DNA from: Candidatus Nomurabacteria bacterium | GTDB taxonomy: Bacteria; Patescibacteriota; Minisyncoccia; Phycocordibacterales; UBA918 | Length of the DNA stretch: 64,000 bases | Reading direction: 5' to 3' | NCBI GenBank assembly: GCA_020632035.1 | Contig: JACKGG010000001.1 | Coordinates: 221,483-285,482 of the forward strand | In this document: positions 39,701-48,492 of the stretch, in pieces | Layout of the letters: every line of letters starts with the position of its first letter | Position numbering within the stretch: position 1 is the first letter of the stretch | Made by a program: the position numbers and the translations under genes | Notes under the pieces: generated by a model | Told to the model about the DNA's origin: nothing | The model's database searches: none | What the model saw: only the letters and a program-made list of their open reading frames with translations

Positions 39701-40255
39701 TTTTTCATGTAGAGATTTAAATACCCACCAGACGCTTTCAGTATAAGTACTGTCCATTGTCCGGTAGTCATTTTCCATATCGACAAACCGGCCCATGCGC
39801 GGGATGATTTTTTTCCAGTCGTCGGCGTATTCCAAAACAGCTTCACGAGCTTGTTCGTTAAAATTCTGAATCCCGTATTCTTCAATGTCTCGTTTGGTCG
39901 CTAGACCAAGCTTCTTCTCAATCAAATTTTCGAGTGGCAAACCATGACAATCCCAACCCCAGTTGCGCGCTACTCGATAGCCATTCATCGTCCAAAATCT
40001 TGGAATTGCATCCTTGATAGTACCGGCTAAAATATGACCGTAATGTGGCAAACCAGTTGCAAACGGTGGCCCATCATAAAAAACAAAATCCCCGACCGGC
40101 TCTTCGCCAGCTGGAGTTTCAATACTCTTCTTAAAAATATCATGCTCGACCCAAAAAGCCTGCATAAGCTCCTCTCTCTCGGCTGTTTCTGATTTAGGAA
40201 CAGCGTCAACAACTTCTACCGAATCGTTTTCACGTCCGTGCATTTTTTTATTCAT
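36719..40255 (-). CDS. ileS: Isoleucyl-tRNA synthetase (type 2) carrying an in-frame histidine-phosphatase domain insertion
   Basis: 'PPFATGLPHYGHIL' (HIGH motif), the CP1 editing region, 'WAVSRQRYWGAPLPIW', '...DCWFESGSMPYG', and 'KMSKSLQN'. The protein is 1178 aa, roughly 130 to 260 aa longer than typical IleRS proteins (about 920 to 1050 aa). Confidence 0.95.
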   Translation of the reverse strand: MNKKMHGRENDSVEVVDAVPKSETAEREELMQAFWVEHDIFKKSIETPAGEEPVGDFVFYDGPPFATGLPHYGHILAGTIKDAIPRFWTMNGYRVARNWGWDCHGLPLENLIEKKLGLATKRDIEEYGIQNFNEQAREAVLEYADDWKKIIPRMGRFVDMENDYRTMDSTYTESVWWVFKSLHEKGLVYEGFKSMHLCPRCGTTLSNFEVNQGYKDIKDIAVTVKLPLLDEAGEMTDTSLLVWTTTPWTLPGNMAAAIHQDLDYVKVKVNEGDSKTFVVLAKGRLPQLNGFEIEIIEEFKGSELLGKKYQPPFNYLQNQDLENKDKAWTLYHADYVEVGEEGTGAVHIAPAYGDDDMKLAQANNVPIVHHVDEAGHFTDFVTDFAGQLVKPKDDEASGVDHKDADIEILKALQAKGVILKKENITHSYPHCWRCDTPLLNYATTSWFVEVTKIKDQLVEANDKVKWVPEHVGKNRFGKWLDGARDWAVSRQRYWGAPLPIWKNPTTGEYKVFGSLAEIQEYVPKSGNKYFLMRHGEAESNIERVIRTDVNYEDNLTDLGVRQVEETAAELKKENIDLIIVSPFHRTKKTAEIVREKLGLSSEQVVVDERIREIQAGAEFQGRKWNTHQELYKDFKDQFTRVVEGVDENRVDVQKRVGDLLYSLENNYKDRNILIIGHVSSTFATACVSEGANIDRAVEIREKNEFWLDNAEVRKLKFIPIPHNDNYELDFHRPYIDKIDLYEGEVRLERVPDVFDCWFESGSMPYGQHHYPFECAEDFEDKHFPANFIAEGLDQTRGWFYSLIVLGTALFGKSPFENVVVNGTVLAEDGRKMSKSLQNYPDPMDVAHTIGADAMRFYLLSSPGIKGEDFNFIEKEVLELQRKNIGRLHNVLTMYEMFADDTSASSDSDNVLDKWILNRLNQLVSETTYGYKNYELDKATRPITEFVDDLSVWYLRRSRDRFKGEDAEDRVKALATLRHTLSILALVMAPSMPFYAEYLWQKVKKESDSESVHLAKWPDADEVNTDILAEMQRTRDIVTQALEARTKIGIKVRQPISSVSGPALSGELTDVILDELNAKSYKVADSVTIDTNLTPELISEGVVRELMRAVQGRRKAEGLSPRDSILLTIKTDNSGQKVVTDHQDLITKTVGAKSIEFGEADQESLQAGDINFSFKMELT
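38120..38677 (-). other. Histidine phosphatase (PGAM/SixA/CobC-like) domain embedded within ileS, approximately aa 527-712
   Basis: 'YFLMRHGEAESN' (RHGE..N), 'VSPFHRTKKTAEIV' (sSp.xRa.qTA), and 'ILIIGHVSS' (second catalytic His). It sits in the loop between 'PLPIW' and 'HRPYID' of the IleRS catalytic core. Confidence 0.7.
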
Positions 40256-40360
40256 ATTAACTTAGTTATGTGTATCAGACATACGAGGTCAGCTTTCACC
40301 AAGCTCGAAAGTAGCGTATCAGGCTACTTTAGCATGGTAACATGATTTCTATTTTTGCAA

Positions 40361-40397
40361 AGAAGTAGCCGGCGCCTTCGGCGCCGGCTACTTCTTA
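40361..40397. terminator. Terminator aagaagtagccggcgcc-ttcg-gcgccggctacttctt
   Basis: Perfect long palindrome between the membrane-protein gene and the ileS promoter region. Confidence 0.65.
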
Positions 40398-40531
40398 ATC
40401 ATCTTAAAGAATCATCCAAGTCCTTTATACCTAGCTTTATTTTCCCCAAAACCCATTTTTCAAAAAAACGTTTAGCTGTTTTATTATCAAATAATTACCT
40501 CTGGCATACCAAACCTTACTCCAAAGAAACA

Positions 40532-41611
40532 CTACCTGATCTGCGTTTCCATCGGACCAACCTTCCCTTTCGTATCAATATTGACTATTTCTCTACCAAG
40601 TATCTGCCCTCTAGCTGTCTCTACACTGCACCGCCAAACACCAGGAAAGAAACTTTCGGCTTTAGTGTAGCCCCCATAACCACCTTGGTTAATACCGGAT
40701 ATATCGTACCCTAGGCGAAAATGTTCCCGCCAGGTACCAGCTTCGTCTTTGTATTCCCAGCGATGATAAATCTTGGTTGAAAGTTTAGTTGGAGCATATA
40801 CTCTAGCAAAGCAGGCAATCGAACCTCCAGTTGGATGGATAACCGGATGTATAAATGGAATACTCCGGTACCAAGGTTGGAGTTCACTCACCACCCGATA
40901 CCCCCCACTTTCTAGCTTATTCACACTCTGGACTATTTCCATGTCAGTCAGAGAAAGTGGGATTGGTGGAATCAAGCTAGTGAAATATAGAACATTAAAA
41001 CCAACATACATAAAACCAACAGCCAAAATCACCCTTCTGATATTAGCCTCCATAAAGTTTGGGACAATTTTATATAGGATTCGTATGACGAAGCTCACAA
41101 TCACTATAGAAATAAACCCACTCAAAACAAACATCCAATCGCCCATGATGCCGGTTAAAACCGGCATCACTAAAACTACGTAAGAAAAAAGCCCGATGAA
41201 ATATAGGGTAATGTTGTATACCAGCCGATCCGAACGTTTCCCCAAAAACTCATTCCCTAGTATCACTACTAGTATCAAAACTAAAAATGGTGCACTGGCC
41301 AGCCAATCTCCACTTCTACCATAGAAAATTAGCATTCCAGACAACAAACCACCAAAAGAATATTGCATCAATATTGGTGCGTACTTCTTAAACCAACCAA
41401 CCATCACCCCCGGTGCTTTCTCAGCTACCCCTACATAAAGTAAAAGCATAGTGGTGGTAGCCAACAAGACATAAAAGAGCAGCACAAGATTATCTACCAA
41501 ATTATCAATTTGGTTGAGTAGTATGGTGTCAGTTATGAACCCCAATATAAATCCAAATGTCAGCCAATGGTGACGAATGAAACTAAAGAGTCCTCTGGTT
41601 TTATCAAACAT
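40532..41611 (-). CDS. Hypothetical polytopic membrane protein with soluble C-terminal domain
   Basis: About 8 hydrophobic segments, then an approximately 110-aa Gly/Tyr-rich C-terminal domain. Confidence 0.45.
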   Translation of the reverse strand: MFDKTRGLFSFIRHHWLTFGFILGFITDTILLNQIDNLVDNLVLLFYVLLATTTMLLLYVGVAEKAPGVMVGWFKKYAPILMQYSFGGLLSGMLIFYGRSGDWLASAPFLVLILVVILGNEFLGKRSDRLVYNITLYFIGLFSYVVLVMPVLTGIMGDWMFVLSGFISIVIVSFVIRILYKIVPNFMEANIRRVILAVGFMYVGFNVLYFTSLIPPIPLSLTDMEIVQSVNKLESGGYRVVSELQPWYRSIPFIHPVIHPTGGSIACFARVYAPTKLSTKIYHRWEYKDEAGTWREHFRLGYDISGINQGGYGGYTKAESFFPGVWRCSVETARGQILGREIVNIDTKGKVGPMETQIR

Positions 41612-41650
41612 AGGTTATCCTATGTAATGTATCACGCTTGTGAAATAAAT

Positions 41651-42919
41651 TTAAACAAATTTATTTGGCACAGGAAATGCTTCACAAAGAGCTTTTACTT
41701 CAGCTTTAATAATTTCTTTTTCTTCTATGTTGCCCACTGCTCGCAATGTACGAATCATAAGTTGAGCCAACCTGGTGGCTTCAGTTTCTTTCATTCCTCT
41801 AGTGGTCATAGCTGGAGTACCAAACCGAATTCCTGAAGGATCCATTGCAGTTCTTGATTCATCAGCAATCATGTTCTTATTTAAAGTAATACCAACTTCA
41901 TCGAGTAAAGTCTCTGCCTCTTGTCCTGTCACCCCGAGCGAACCATATACATCTGCCAAAAGTAAGTGGTTATCGGTACCTCCACAGAGCAAACGGACGC
42001 CTTCTTCTAAAAACACCGTCTCCATAGCTTTAGCATTTTTCAGTATTTGTTCTGCGTAAATTTTAAAGCTTGAGTGAAGAGCTTCACCAAAGGCCACTGC
42101 TTTAGCAGCAATCACATGCATGTGAGGGCCACCTTGTACACCAGGGAAAACGGTCTTATTTATCCGCTTGGCAATTTCAGCGTCTTCACGCACCACAATC
42201 ATTCCCCCACGTGGGCCACGTAGTGATTTGTGAGTGGTCATAGTCATAACATCAAAGCCATAGTCAAAAGGATTCTTCACCACTCCAGCCGCGATCAGGC
42301 CGGCGATGTGTGCAACGTCGGCCACGGTATAGGCACCAATTTCCTTGGCAATATCAACAAACTTTTGGTAATCGAGTTCACGACTATAAGCTGAAAAGCC
42401 AGCCAAAATAATCTTTGGTTTTTCTTTTAGAGCCACCTCCCTAAGTTCATCATAATCAATTTCTCCGGTATTAACATCCTTCATTTTGTAGCGAACAAAA
42501 TTAAAAACTTTGTTAATACTTGTAGTCGGGTGGCCATGTGTAAGGTGCCCACCGTGAGACAAATCCATTCCTAGTACGGTATCGCCTGGCTCCATAAGGG
42601 CAAAATACATGGCAACATTGGCCGCCGCTCCGCCTAGTGGCTGGACGTTGGCAAAGCCAGCTTTAAATAGTTTTTTAGCCCGCTCTATAGCGAGTGTTTC
42701 AACTACATCGGTGTACTCTTGTCCGCCATAGTACCGGCGGCCGGGATAGCCTTCCGAGTATTTGTTGGTCAACACCGACCCGGCCGCCTCCCGTACCGCC
42801 AAAGATACATAATTCTCACTTGGAATTAATTCGATTCCAGAACGCTCTCTTTCTTCCTCACCGATGAGAGCATTGTAAACGGCAGTGTCTTGTTCTTTGA
42901 TGTGTTCGTATTCGTTCAT
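41651..42919 (-). CDS. glyA: Serine hydroxymethyltransferase
   Basis: Full-length SHMT including the PLP-Lys region '..TTHKSLRGPRGG..'. Confidence 0.95.
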   Translation of the reverse strand: MNEYEHIKEQDTAVYNALIGEEERERSGIELIPSENYVSLAVREAAGSVLTNKYSEGYPGRRYYGGQEYTDVVETLAIERAKKLFKAGFANVQPLGGAAANVAMYFALMEPGDTVLGMDLSHGGHLTHGHPTTSINKVFNFVRYKMKDVNTGEIDYDELREVALKEKPKIILAGFSAYSRELDYQKFVDIAKEIGAYTVADVAHIAGLIAAGVVKNPFDYGFDVMTMTTHKSLRGPRGGMIVVREDAEIAKRINKTVFPGVQGGPHMHVIAAKAVAFGEALHSSFKIYAEQILKNAKAMETVFLEEGVRLLCGGTDNHLLLADVYGSLGVTGQEAETLLDEVGITLNKNMIADESRTAMDPSGIRFGTPAMTTRGMKETEATRLAQLMIRTLRAVGNIEEKEIIKAEVKALCEAFPVPNKFV

Positions 42920-43020
42920 AAAAAATAGTCTTAAATATCTGTAATTACTGCTCTATAGAAGCTGAACGAAAACATTAGATCATAGTAAAAAAATATTTAA
43001 ACCATTATATCATAATAAAT

Positions 43021-43053
43021 AAGGCCCGGATTACTCGCGTAATCCAGGCCCTA
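43021..43053. terminator. Hairpin ggcccggattac-tcgc-gtaatccaggccc
   Basis: Near-perfect palindrome 3' of the repeat-containing gene. Confidence 0.5.
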
Positions 43054-43065
43054 AGGAGATCCTCC

Positions 43066-43731
43066 TCAACTTATGAACAACATTACCGTCATTATTGTCA
43101 GATATAAACCACCCAAGAAGAAAGCGAATTTTTTATTCTCTTGATCGGCGGCGATGGCGGCGACGATGGCGATGGCGGCGAAGGCGGTGAAGGCGGCGGC
43201 GATGGCGATGGCGGCGAAGGCGGTGAAGGCGGCGGCGAAGGCGGTGAAGGCGGCGGCGAAGGCGGCGAAGGCGGTGGTGGCGGCGAAGGCCTCAAAATAA
43301 AGGAAAACCATCGCCAGAACCATAGATACCATCCCAATGAGAATAACTACTCGATCTATTCTCAACCATTGTCTAGGCTCACTACCACCTGGCTGCAGTT
43401 CCTCACCTGTTTTTGTAATCAGGACAGTTTGAGTCCAAGTACAGTTTTCTACACGGTGCCACCAGGTACTTTTATCCGGATCAAGATTACAATTGTATGC
43501 AATCTTGATTTCCCGACCAGGTTCGAGCCAAATTACTGGATCAACTACCGGCGGTGGCCGGTTATTTATGTTGCCATAAACCTCCCCGTCATCGGCCTGT
43601 ACCTCGGCCATAGCAAAGTTTGCACCACTGACAAAGTATGCGACCCATACTGCAATAGTGATGATTAGCAAAAACAAATTTCTTGAACTGAACATAATCT
43701 GCACTCCTCTGTTGGCAGAATTAATCAACAC
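43066..43731 (-). CDS. Membrane protein with Cys-containing extracytoplasmic domain and an approximately 45-aa Ala/Phe/Ile/Thr repeat tail encoded by a GCC-rich tandem repeat
   Basis: Signal/TM N-terminus, then 'CNLDPDKSTWWHRVENCTW', then 'AFAATTAFAAFAAAFTAFAAAFTAFAAIAIAAAFTAFAAIAIVAAIAA'. Of the three frames open across the repeat, this is the only one with non-repetitive flanking sequence. Confidence 0.5.
   Translation of the reverse strand: MLINSANRGVQIMFSSRNLFLLIITIAVWVAYFVSGANFAMAEVQADDGEVYGNINNRPPPVVDPVIWLEPGREIKIAYNCNLDPDKSTWWHRVENCTWTQTVLITKTGEELQPGGSEPRQWLRIDRVVILIGMVSMVLAMVFLYFEAFAATTAFAAFAAAFTAFAAAFTAFAAIAIAAAFTAFAAIAIVAAIAADQENKKFAFFLGGLYLTIMTVMLFIS
43141..43300. repeat. Imperfect tandem repeat of GGCGGCGAAGGCGGTGAAGGC-type units (3-nt periodicity, about 75% GC)
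   Basis: Directly visible as gcggcgaaggcggtgaaggcggcggcgatggcgatggc... The repeat is open in three frames (GGEGG, PSPPSPP and AFAA readings). Confidence 0.85.
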
Positions 43732-43779
43732 TTTTTATACAGGATTATGGTGTTTTGTCAAGATTAAAATTTAGTTTAG

Positions 43780-43812
43780 AAAAGGCCGGGCGTTTTGCGC
43801 CCGGCCTTTCCT
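43780..43812. terminator. Terminator aaaaggccgggcg-ttttg-cgcccggcctttcc
   Basis: GC stem 3' of dut on the minus strand. Confidence 0.6.
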
Positions 43813-43820
43813 TTATCCTC

Positions 43821-44213
43821 TTAGGACAACGATTCACTTAAATCAGCTGCTTCTATCAGCTTCGCTCTTTCAACTTTTTGTATCAACATCTGAGCGATTT
43901 TTTCTCCAGCTCCAAACGATACTGATTCTGGTCCTTGATTAGACAATTCAATCTTAATTTCTTCACGAAATCCAGAATCTACAATGCCCGGAGTTATTTT
44001 TAAAGGTTCTTCTAGTGTAACCCCTTTGCGATTCCATATGACACCCACATATCCAACCGCGATAGCCATAGCCACTCCAGTTGAAACTACTACCCTTGCA
44101 CCTGGTTCAATTGTAACTCCCACCAAACTATATATGTCTATCCCAGAACTTGCTTCACTATTGTATGCCGGTAGTTTTGCTTGATCATTTAGTTTTTTAA
44201 TTAAAATTTCCAT
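43821..44213 (-). CDS. dut: dUTP diphosphatase
   Basis: 'SGIDIYS...VVVSTGVAMAI..GYVGVIWNRKG...GIVDSGFREEIKIELSNQG' are dUTPase motifs. Confidence 0.85.
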   Translation of the reverse strand: MEILIKKLNDQAKLPAYNSEASSGIDIYSLVGVTIEPGARVVVSTGVAMAIAVGYVGVIWNRKGVTLEEPLKITPGIVDSGFREEIKIELSNQGPESVSFGAGEKIAQMLIQKVERAKLIEAADLSESLS

Positions 44214-44223
44214 AAATAGTTAA

Positions 44224-44913
44224 TTACTCTAGTAATGGTTTGATAAGATTGTACACTTCATTATTTATATCGTCTTTACTTCGTAACTTATCATCAGAAA
44301 GACAAGAGACAATCTGCCACTTCTCTAGCCCTGCTATGTGCTTTGCACTATTTTGCACATTTGCTTGATATATAGCGTCTGTTTCGGTGTGTCCAAGGTT
44401 TGGCTTACTCTCATCGGTGGTTAAAAGAGCGTGTCTCATTTCCGCCGGCATATCGAGATACACGACTATATCTGGACGAGGAACCTTGAATACGTCGTAC
44501 TCTAAGCGTGACAGCCAAAGCAAAAATGCTCCACGTTTTTCGGTGTCTGAAATTTTTGCCCCTTGGTGAAGCATACTGGCGCTTACGTAGCGATCAAGCA
44601 CAACGTGCTTTCCTTCCTCTAGCCATTTATTGATCTGGTCACGGGTTTCAAATCTGTCGCCAGCAAATAAAATAGATGCCAGTCGTGGATCTAGATCAAC
44701 GAAGTTACCATGAACTTCATCAATCCATTCTCTAATATATGCACCAAAAAAAGTCTCATCGTAGTGAGGAAACTCTAGAGTCTCAACTTTGATTTTTTCT
44801 GCTTTCAACCGCTCAACCAGTAGCTTAGCCTGAGTCGCCTTACCTGCTCCATCCGCCCCCTCTATCACTATTAGTTTTCCTGACATAAGTTTTTGTTGAT
44901 CATATAATATCAC
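44224..44913 (-). CDS. Thymidylate kinase-like dNMP kinase (paralog A)
   Basis: P-loop 'IVIEGADGAGKAT' and 'VVLDRYVSASMLHQG' (DRY motif region, with HQG in place of the usual YQG). Confidence 0.7.
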   Translation of the reverse strand: MILYDQQKLMSGKLIVIEGADGAGKATQAKLLVERLKAEKIKVETLEFPHYDETFFGAYIREWIDEVHGNFVDLDPRLASILFAGDRFETRDQINKWLEEGKHVVLDRYVSASMLHQGAKISDTEKRGAFLLWLSRLEYDVFKVPRPDIVVYLDMPAEMRHALLTTDESKPNLGHTETDAIYQANVQNSAKHIAGLEKWQIVSCLSDDKLRSKDDINNEVYNLIKPLLE

Positions 44914-44926
44914 ACCTTATTTGTGA

Positions 44927-45334
44927 CTACTCTTCTTCAGAGTACCGACAGCTTTTAAGGTCAGCTGTGTAAAGTATTGCCTGTGGATCCTTCACAAATT
45001 TTCCTTCTCTCAACTCTCCTGAACGTGAATTTATTTCTGTGTACACCTCATCCATAACTTTGGTTGGATCATATCCTAGCTTTGCGATTGCCCCACTGGC
45101 AAAAACTATAATGTCGGCAAATGCATCCACAACCTTCTCCTCATCTACTGAAGCCTTGCCCACCATCTCTGTAGCAAACCTGGTCGCCTCATTTCTGGCG
45201 GTGACACTGTCAAACTTACCCGTACTTTCAAGCAGCTCTTCAACTATAAATGAAACCTCTTTAGTATAGTCAAACCCTTGCTCAAGAAGACCCCTTTCAT
45301 TATTCCAATCAACAATCTTCTGAAATATACTCAT
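44927..45334 (-). CDS. MazG-like all-alpha nucleotide pyrophosphohydrolase
   Basis: 'IVDWNNERGLLEQGFDYTKEVSFIVEELLE' and 'DAFADIIVFASGAIAKLGYDPTKVMDEVYTEINSR' follow the MazG/HisE-type EExxE and helical patterns. The start was placed at the internal Met 'MSIFQKI'. Confidence 0.5.
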   Translation of the reverse strand: MSIFQKIVDWNNERGLLEQGFDYTKEVSFIVEELLESTGKFDSVTARNEATRFATEMVGKASVDEEKVVDAFADIIVFASGAIAKLGYDPTKVMDEVYTEINSRSGELREGKFVKDPQAILYTADLKSCRYSEEE

Positions 45335-45421
45335 GCTGTTAAATTTTGAGACAATAATATGTATTGTAGCTATATGAATTACATATAGCAAAGATGTAAT
45401 TTATAAACCTTATGCCACTTG

Positions 45422-46078
45422 TTATTTTAGTTTGCTACAAACCAGTTGGTAGATTTCTTCATGAATGTCCTCTCTACTGCGTAATTGCCCGTCTTTTACA
45501 CAATTAACCGGCTGCCAGTTATTGAGCGAGGAAACCAAAGTTTGGGCTGCCTTTTCAGTAGCGATCTGATGCTCTTCATCTAACTCGGATGAATCTAGCG
45601 ACTTACGACTTTTATCATTTTTAAGTAGTAAACCACGGACAGAATAAGGAACTTCTAAATAAATAATCAGATCAGGTCGCGGGAGATTAAATACGCCATG
45701 CTCAACTTCATCTAGCCAGGTTAAGAAATCCTTTAGTTTAACTTCATCTTGTACCTTTGTACCTTGGTGAAGCATATTTGCGCTAACATAACGATCAGCA
45801 ACAACTATGTTACCGGAGTCAAGCCATTCTCTAATAAGACCTGACGATTCGAAGCGATCCGCAGCATAAAGTGTAGAAGCGATACGCGGATCCATCTTCA
45901 TAAAATCACCTCGCTTACCGTCGAGACACTCACGCAATAGTTTGCCAAATTTATTATCTGTGTACCTAGGAAAATCTATCGTTTTCACTTGGTGGCCCTC
46001 TGCCCCTAAACGTTCTCCCAATAAAGCAACTTGCGTTGCCTTACCAGAACCATCACTACCATCAATTACAAAAAGCAT
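45422..46078 (-). CDS. Thymidylate kinase-like dNMP kinase (paralog B)
   Basis: P-loop 'FVIDGSDGSGKAT' and 'VVADRYVSANMLHQG'. Identity to paralog A is about 45% by eye. Confidence 0.7.
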   Translation of the reverse strand: MLFVIDGSDGSGKATQVALLGERLGAEGHQVKTIDFPRYTDNKFGKLLRECLDGKRGDFMKMDPRIASTLYAADRFESSGLIREWLDSGNIVVADRYVSANMLHQGTKVQDEVKLKDFLTWLDEVEHGVFNLPRPDLIIYLEVPYSVRGLLLKNDKSRKSLDSSELDEEHQIATEKAAQTLVSSLNNWQPVNCVKDGQLRSREDIHEEIYQLVCSKLK

Positions 46079-46236
46079 ATTACTTCCTTAATAACACGCT
46101 CGATTAATTTATTAAAGTATTCGTAAGTAATTACACTTTTAATGTAACAGACTATTAACTATGTCAATGTTAGTATTAGACTTTAAAAAACCTTTTTTGG
46201 TACAATAAAATTAATCACCTTTAAATAAAAATTAAA

Positions 46237-47064
46237 ATGAAACAATACCTAGACACTCTCAAGCACATTTATGAAAATGGTACCGATGTTGTTGGGAGAA
46301 ATGGTAAGACCAGGAAGTTAATGGCCCAGCAAATGCGTTTTAACTTAAGTGATGGTTTCCCAGCTGTTACCACCAAAAAGCTTGCTTTTAAGGCAGTTAA
46401 GAGTGAGCTACTTTGGTTTATAGAAGGATCTGGTGACGAAAACCGTCTCAAGGAGCTTAACGGCACGGACAAAACTATTTGGACACCTAACGCTGAGGCT
46501 GACTATTGGAAACCCAAAGCGAAATTCCCTGGTGATCTTGGTCGTGTCTATGGTGTACAGTGGCGTCACTGGAAAAAATCAGACGGTGGTGAGGTGGATC
46601 AGCTGGCTGAAGTGATAGAAAAAATCAAGAAAGATCCGAATGATCGACGTTTGATAGTAAATGCTTGGAACCCTGGTGAGATAGACCAAATGGCTCTCCC
46701 GCCCTGCCATATGACTTTTCAATTCTTTGTGGTAAACAATAAAATTTCACTGCATATGACACAACGTAGTTGTGATATGTTTCTCGGTGTACCTTTTAAT
46801 ATCGCTTCCTACTCTCTGCTTCTTTCAATGGTGGCACAAGTAACCGATCTTACTCCGCACGAATGCGTACTGACATTAGTCGATGCTCACATCTACCACG
46901 ACCACTTTGAGGCAGTTGAGGAACAACTTACGCGACAACCACATAAACTGCCCACATTATGGCTTAATCCTGAAATAAAAAATATTGATGATTTTAAAAT
47001 GACTGATATCAAGTTAGAAAACTACCAACACGATGAAACCATCAGCGCAAAAATGGCAGTCTAA
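46237..47064 (+). CDS. thyA: Thymidylate synthase (ThyA)
   Basis: Contains 'MKQYLDTL', 'RRLIVNAWNPGEIDQMALPPCH' (catalytic Cys) and 'QRSCDMFLGVPFNIASY', with Asn retained as in dUMP-specific ThyA. Confidence 0.95.
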   Translation: MKQYLDTLKHIYENGTDVVGRNGKTRKLMAQQMRFNLSDGFPAVTTKKLAFKAVKSELLWFIEGSGDENRLKELNGTDKTIWTPNAEADYWKPKAKFPGDLGRVYGVQWRHWKKSDGGEVDQLAEVIEKIKKDPNDRRLIVNAWNPGEIDQMALPPCHMTFQFFVVNNKISLHMTQRSCDMFLGVPFNIASYSLLLSMVAQVTDLTPHECVLTLVDAHIYHDHFEAVEEQLTRQPHKLPTLWLNPEIKNIDDFKMTDIKLENYQHDETISAKMAV

Positions 47065-47083
47065 ATAATATTCTTTCTATTAT

Positions 47084-47638
47084 TTATTTTTTCTTATCTT
47101 TAGGGTCAGCAAAGTGATTTGAGTTTTCACTGGTGAAGCGTCCTATATCTTCGTATCTCTTTGAAGCTGGAGACGTGAGTTTTCCAAAAATCAGTTGGGC
47201 TATTTCCATTCCTGGACGTAAAATAATTGGGATGTTGCTACTATTTACTAATTCGAAAGTTGGGTAAAATTTATGCCCCGGATTGAACAGCATGGCAGTG
47301 TTGTGTACCACTAGACCAATCCGAGCCAAGCTACTTTTTCCAGAAAGCAGAATTAAGTGCTCTAGATCTACCCCAATGAATTCCTTTTGTTTCCCGAGTA
47401 CGTTCTCTCCTGGATGAAGAACGAAACTTTCACCATCTGGGATGGTTATTTTTCTGGTATCAGGATAAATCTTTCGAGCAGGGTCTGAAGCTTCAAGTTG
47501 GTGTCGATCTACAATCTCAAATTCATTTCCAAGCTTCACGTCATAACTAGCAAGCTGTAACTGCTCTTCGTTAAATGGCTCGATAATGACTGCGCCACTT
47601 TCTATAGCTTTTTTTATATCGACGTCAGATAAAAACAT
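47084..47638 (-). CDS. dcd: dCTP deaminase
   Basis: N-terminal 'MFLSDVDIKKAIESGAVIIEPF..' and full Dcd colinearity. Confidence 0.88.
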   Translation of the reverse strand: MFLSDVDIKKAIESGAVIIEPFNEEQLQLASYDVKLGNEFEIVDRHQLEASDPARKIYPDTRKITIPDGESFVLHPGENVLGKQKEFIGVDLEHLILLSGKSSLARIGLVVHNTAMLFNPGHKFYPTFELVNSSNIPIILRPGMEIAQLIFGKLTSPASKRYEDIGRFTSENSNHFADPKDKKK

Positions 47639-47732
47639 GCTCTATATTTTAACTAATAATTCTTCCAATAAACCATCTCTGTAAAGATGTGCCTCCAAAC
47701 CAAAACCTGCTGCATCTAGAAGAGCTTTCATA

Positions 47733-48407
47733 TTATTCAATAGTGAAAGTCTTATCGGTTCCGTAATATGACGTCCAGTTGTCGTTATAGAAAGAAAACA
47801 TCCTAGCTAAGCGTTCTTGGCTGAGCTCGACTACGTCGAGCTCAGCCATCAAAACATCGATCTCCTCACGTACACTATCGGCATCATTTTCGTCGATCAC
47901 AATTTTTTCAAACTCAGCTAGGTAACCGTACCCAGCATTTCGATCAAAACAGACATTGGCCCCTTTATATTCATACTCTTCTCGATCACGCGACCATTTA
48001 GCCTGATATTCATAGTCAGCTGACAAAACCAGAGCATCTAGCTCATCGAGCGATATGGCGACCGGCTCTTCAAACTCCATACGCTTCACTGTGTTGGCAC
48101 TAGTACCCTCATCGATTGAGGCTTTAATCACGAGTAGAACCTCTTCGTTTCGCTGACGGCTTCGTATTGAAAAATCGCTTCCACGCTGAGTAATTATTTT
48201 GAACTTTTCGAGTTGTTCTCCCAAAAAAAGATGTTCAACTTTTTTGAAAAGTTTATTTATATCTCCATCTTTAAAGTAGTGATTTAATTGCTTGTTGGTA
48301 GAGACATGCTTACAGTCCACATCCAACTCATACATTTTCTTCTTGAGCGCTTCGGCTCGTTCTTTCTCCCCCAGTAGACTTTTTACTTCAATTTCAAAAT
48401 GTGACAT
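47733..48407 (-). CDS. CYTH-domain triphosphate tunnel metalloenzyme (class IV adenylate cyclase / triphosphatase family)
   Basis: 'MSHFEIEVKSLL' is the EIE-K opener, and downstream R.R, K and E.E pairs are present. The start was moved from the ORF-track start (48611) to 48407, which removes the overlap with folA. Confidence 0.65.
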   Translation of the reverse strand: MSHFEIEVKSLLGEKERAEALKKKMYELDVDCKHVSTNKQLNHYFKDGDINKLFKKVEHLFLGEQLEKFKIITQRGSDFSIRSRQRNEEVLLVIKASIDEGTSANTVKRMEFEEPVAISLDELDALVLSADYEYQAKWSRDREEYEYKGANVCFDRNAGYGYLAEFEKIVIDENDADSVREEIDVLMAELDVVELSQERLARMFSFYNDNWTSYYGTDKTFTIE

Positions 48408-48492
48408 ACGCAAGATAAAGTTAGTTTTTTTATTATACCGTCCTGCCCAACTAGCGACAAAAGACAGGATTGACCTGACATGGTATAAACTG

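Noticed and set aside
43098-43668. Alternative repeat-region ORFs (79-aa PSPP-rich and 175-aa GGEGG-rich)
   Set aside because: Both are open only because of the 3-nt-periodic GC repeat. Neither has flanking sequence with a plausible start, signal peptide or domain, unlike the 221-aa frame.
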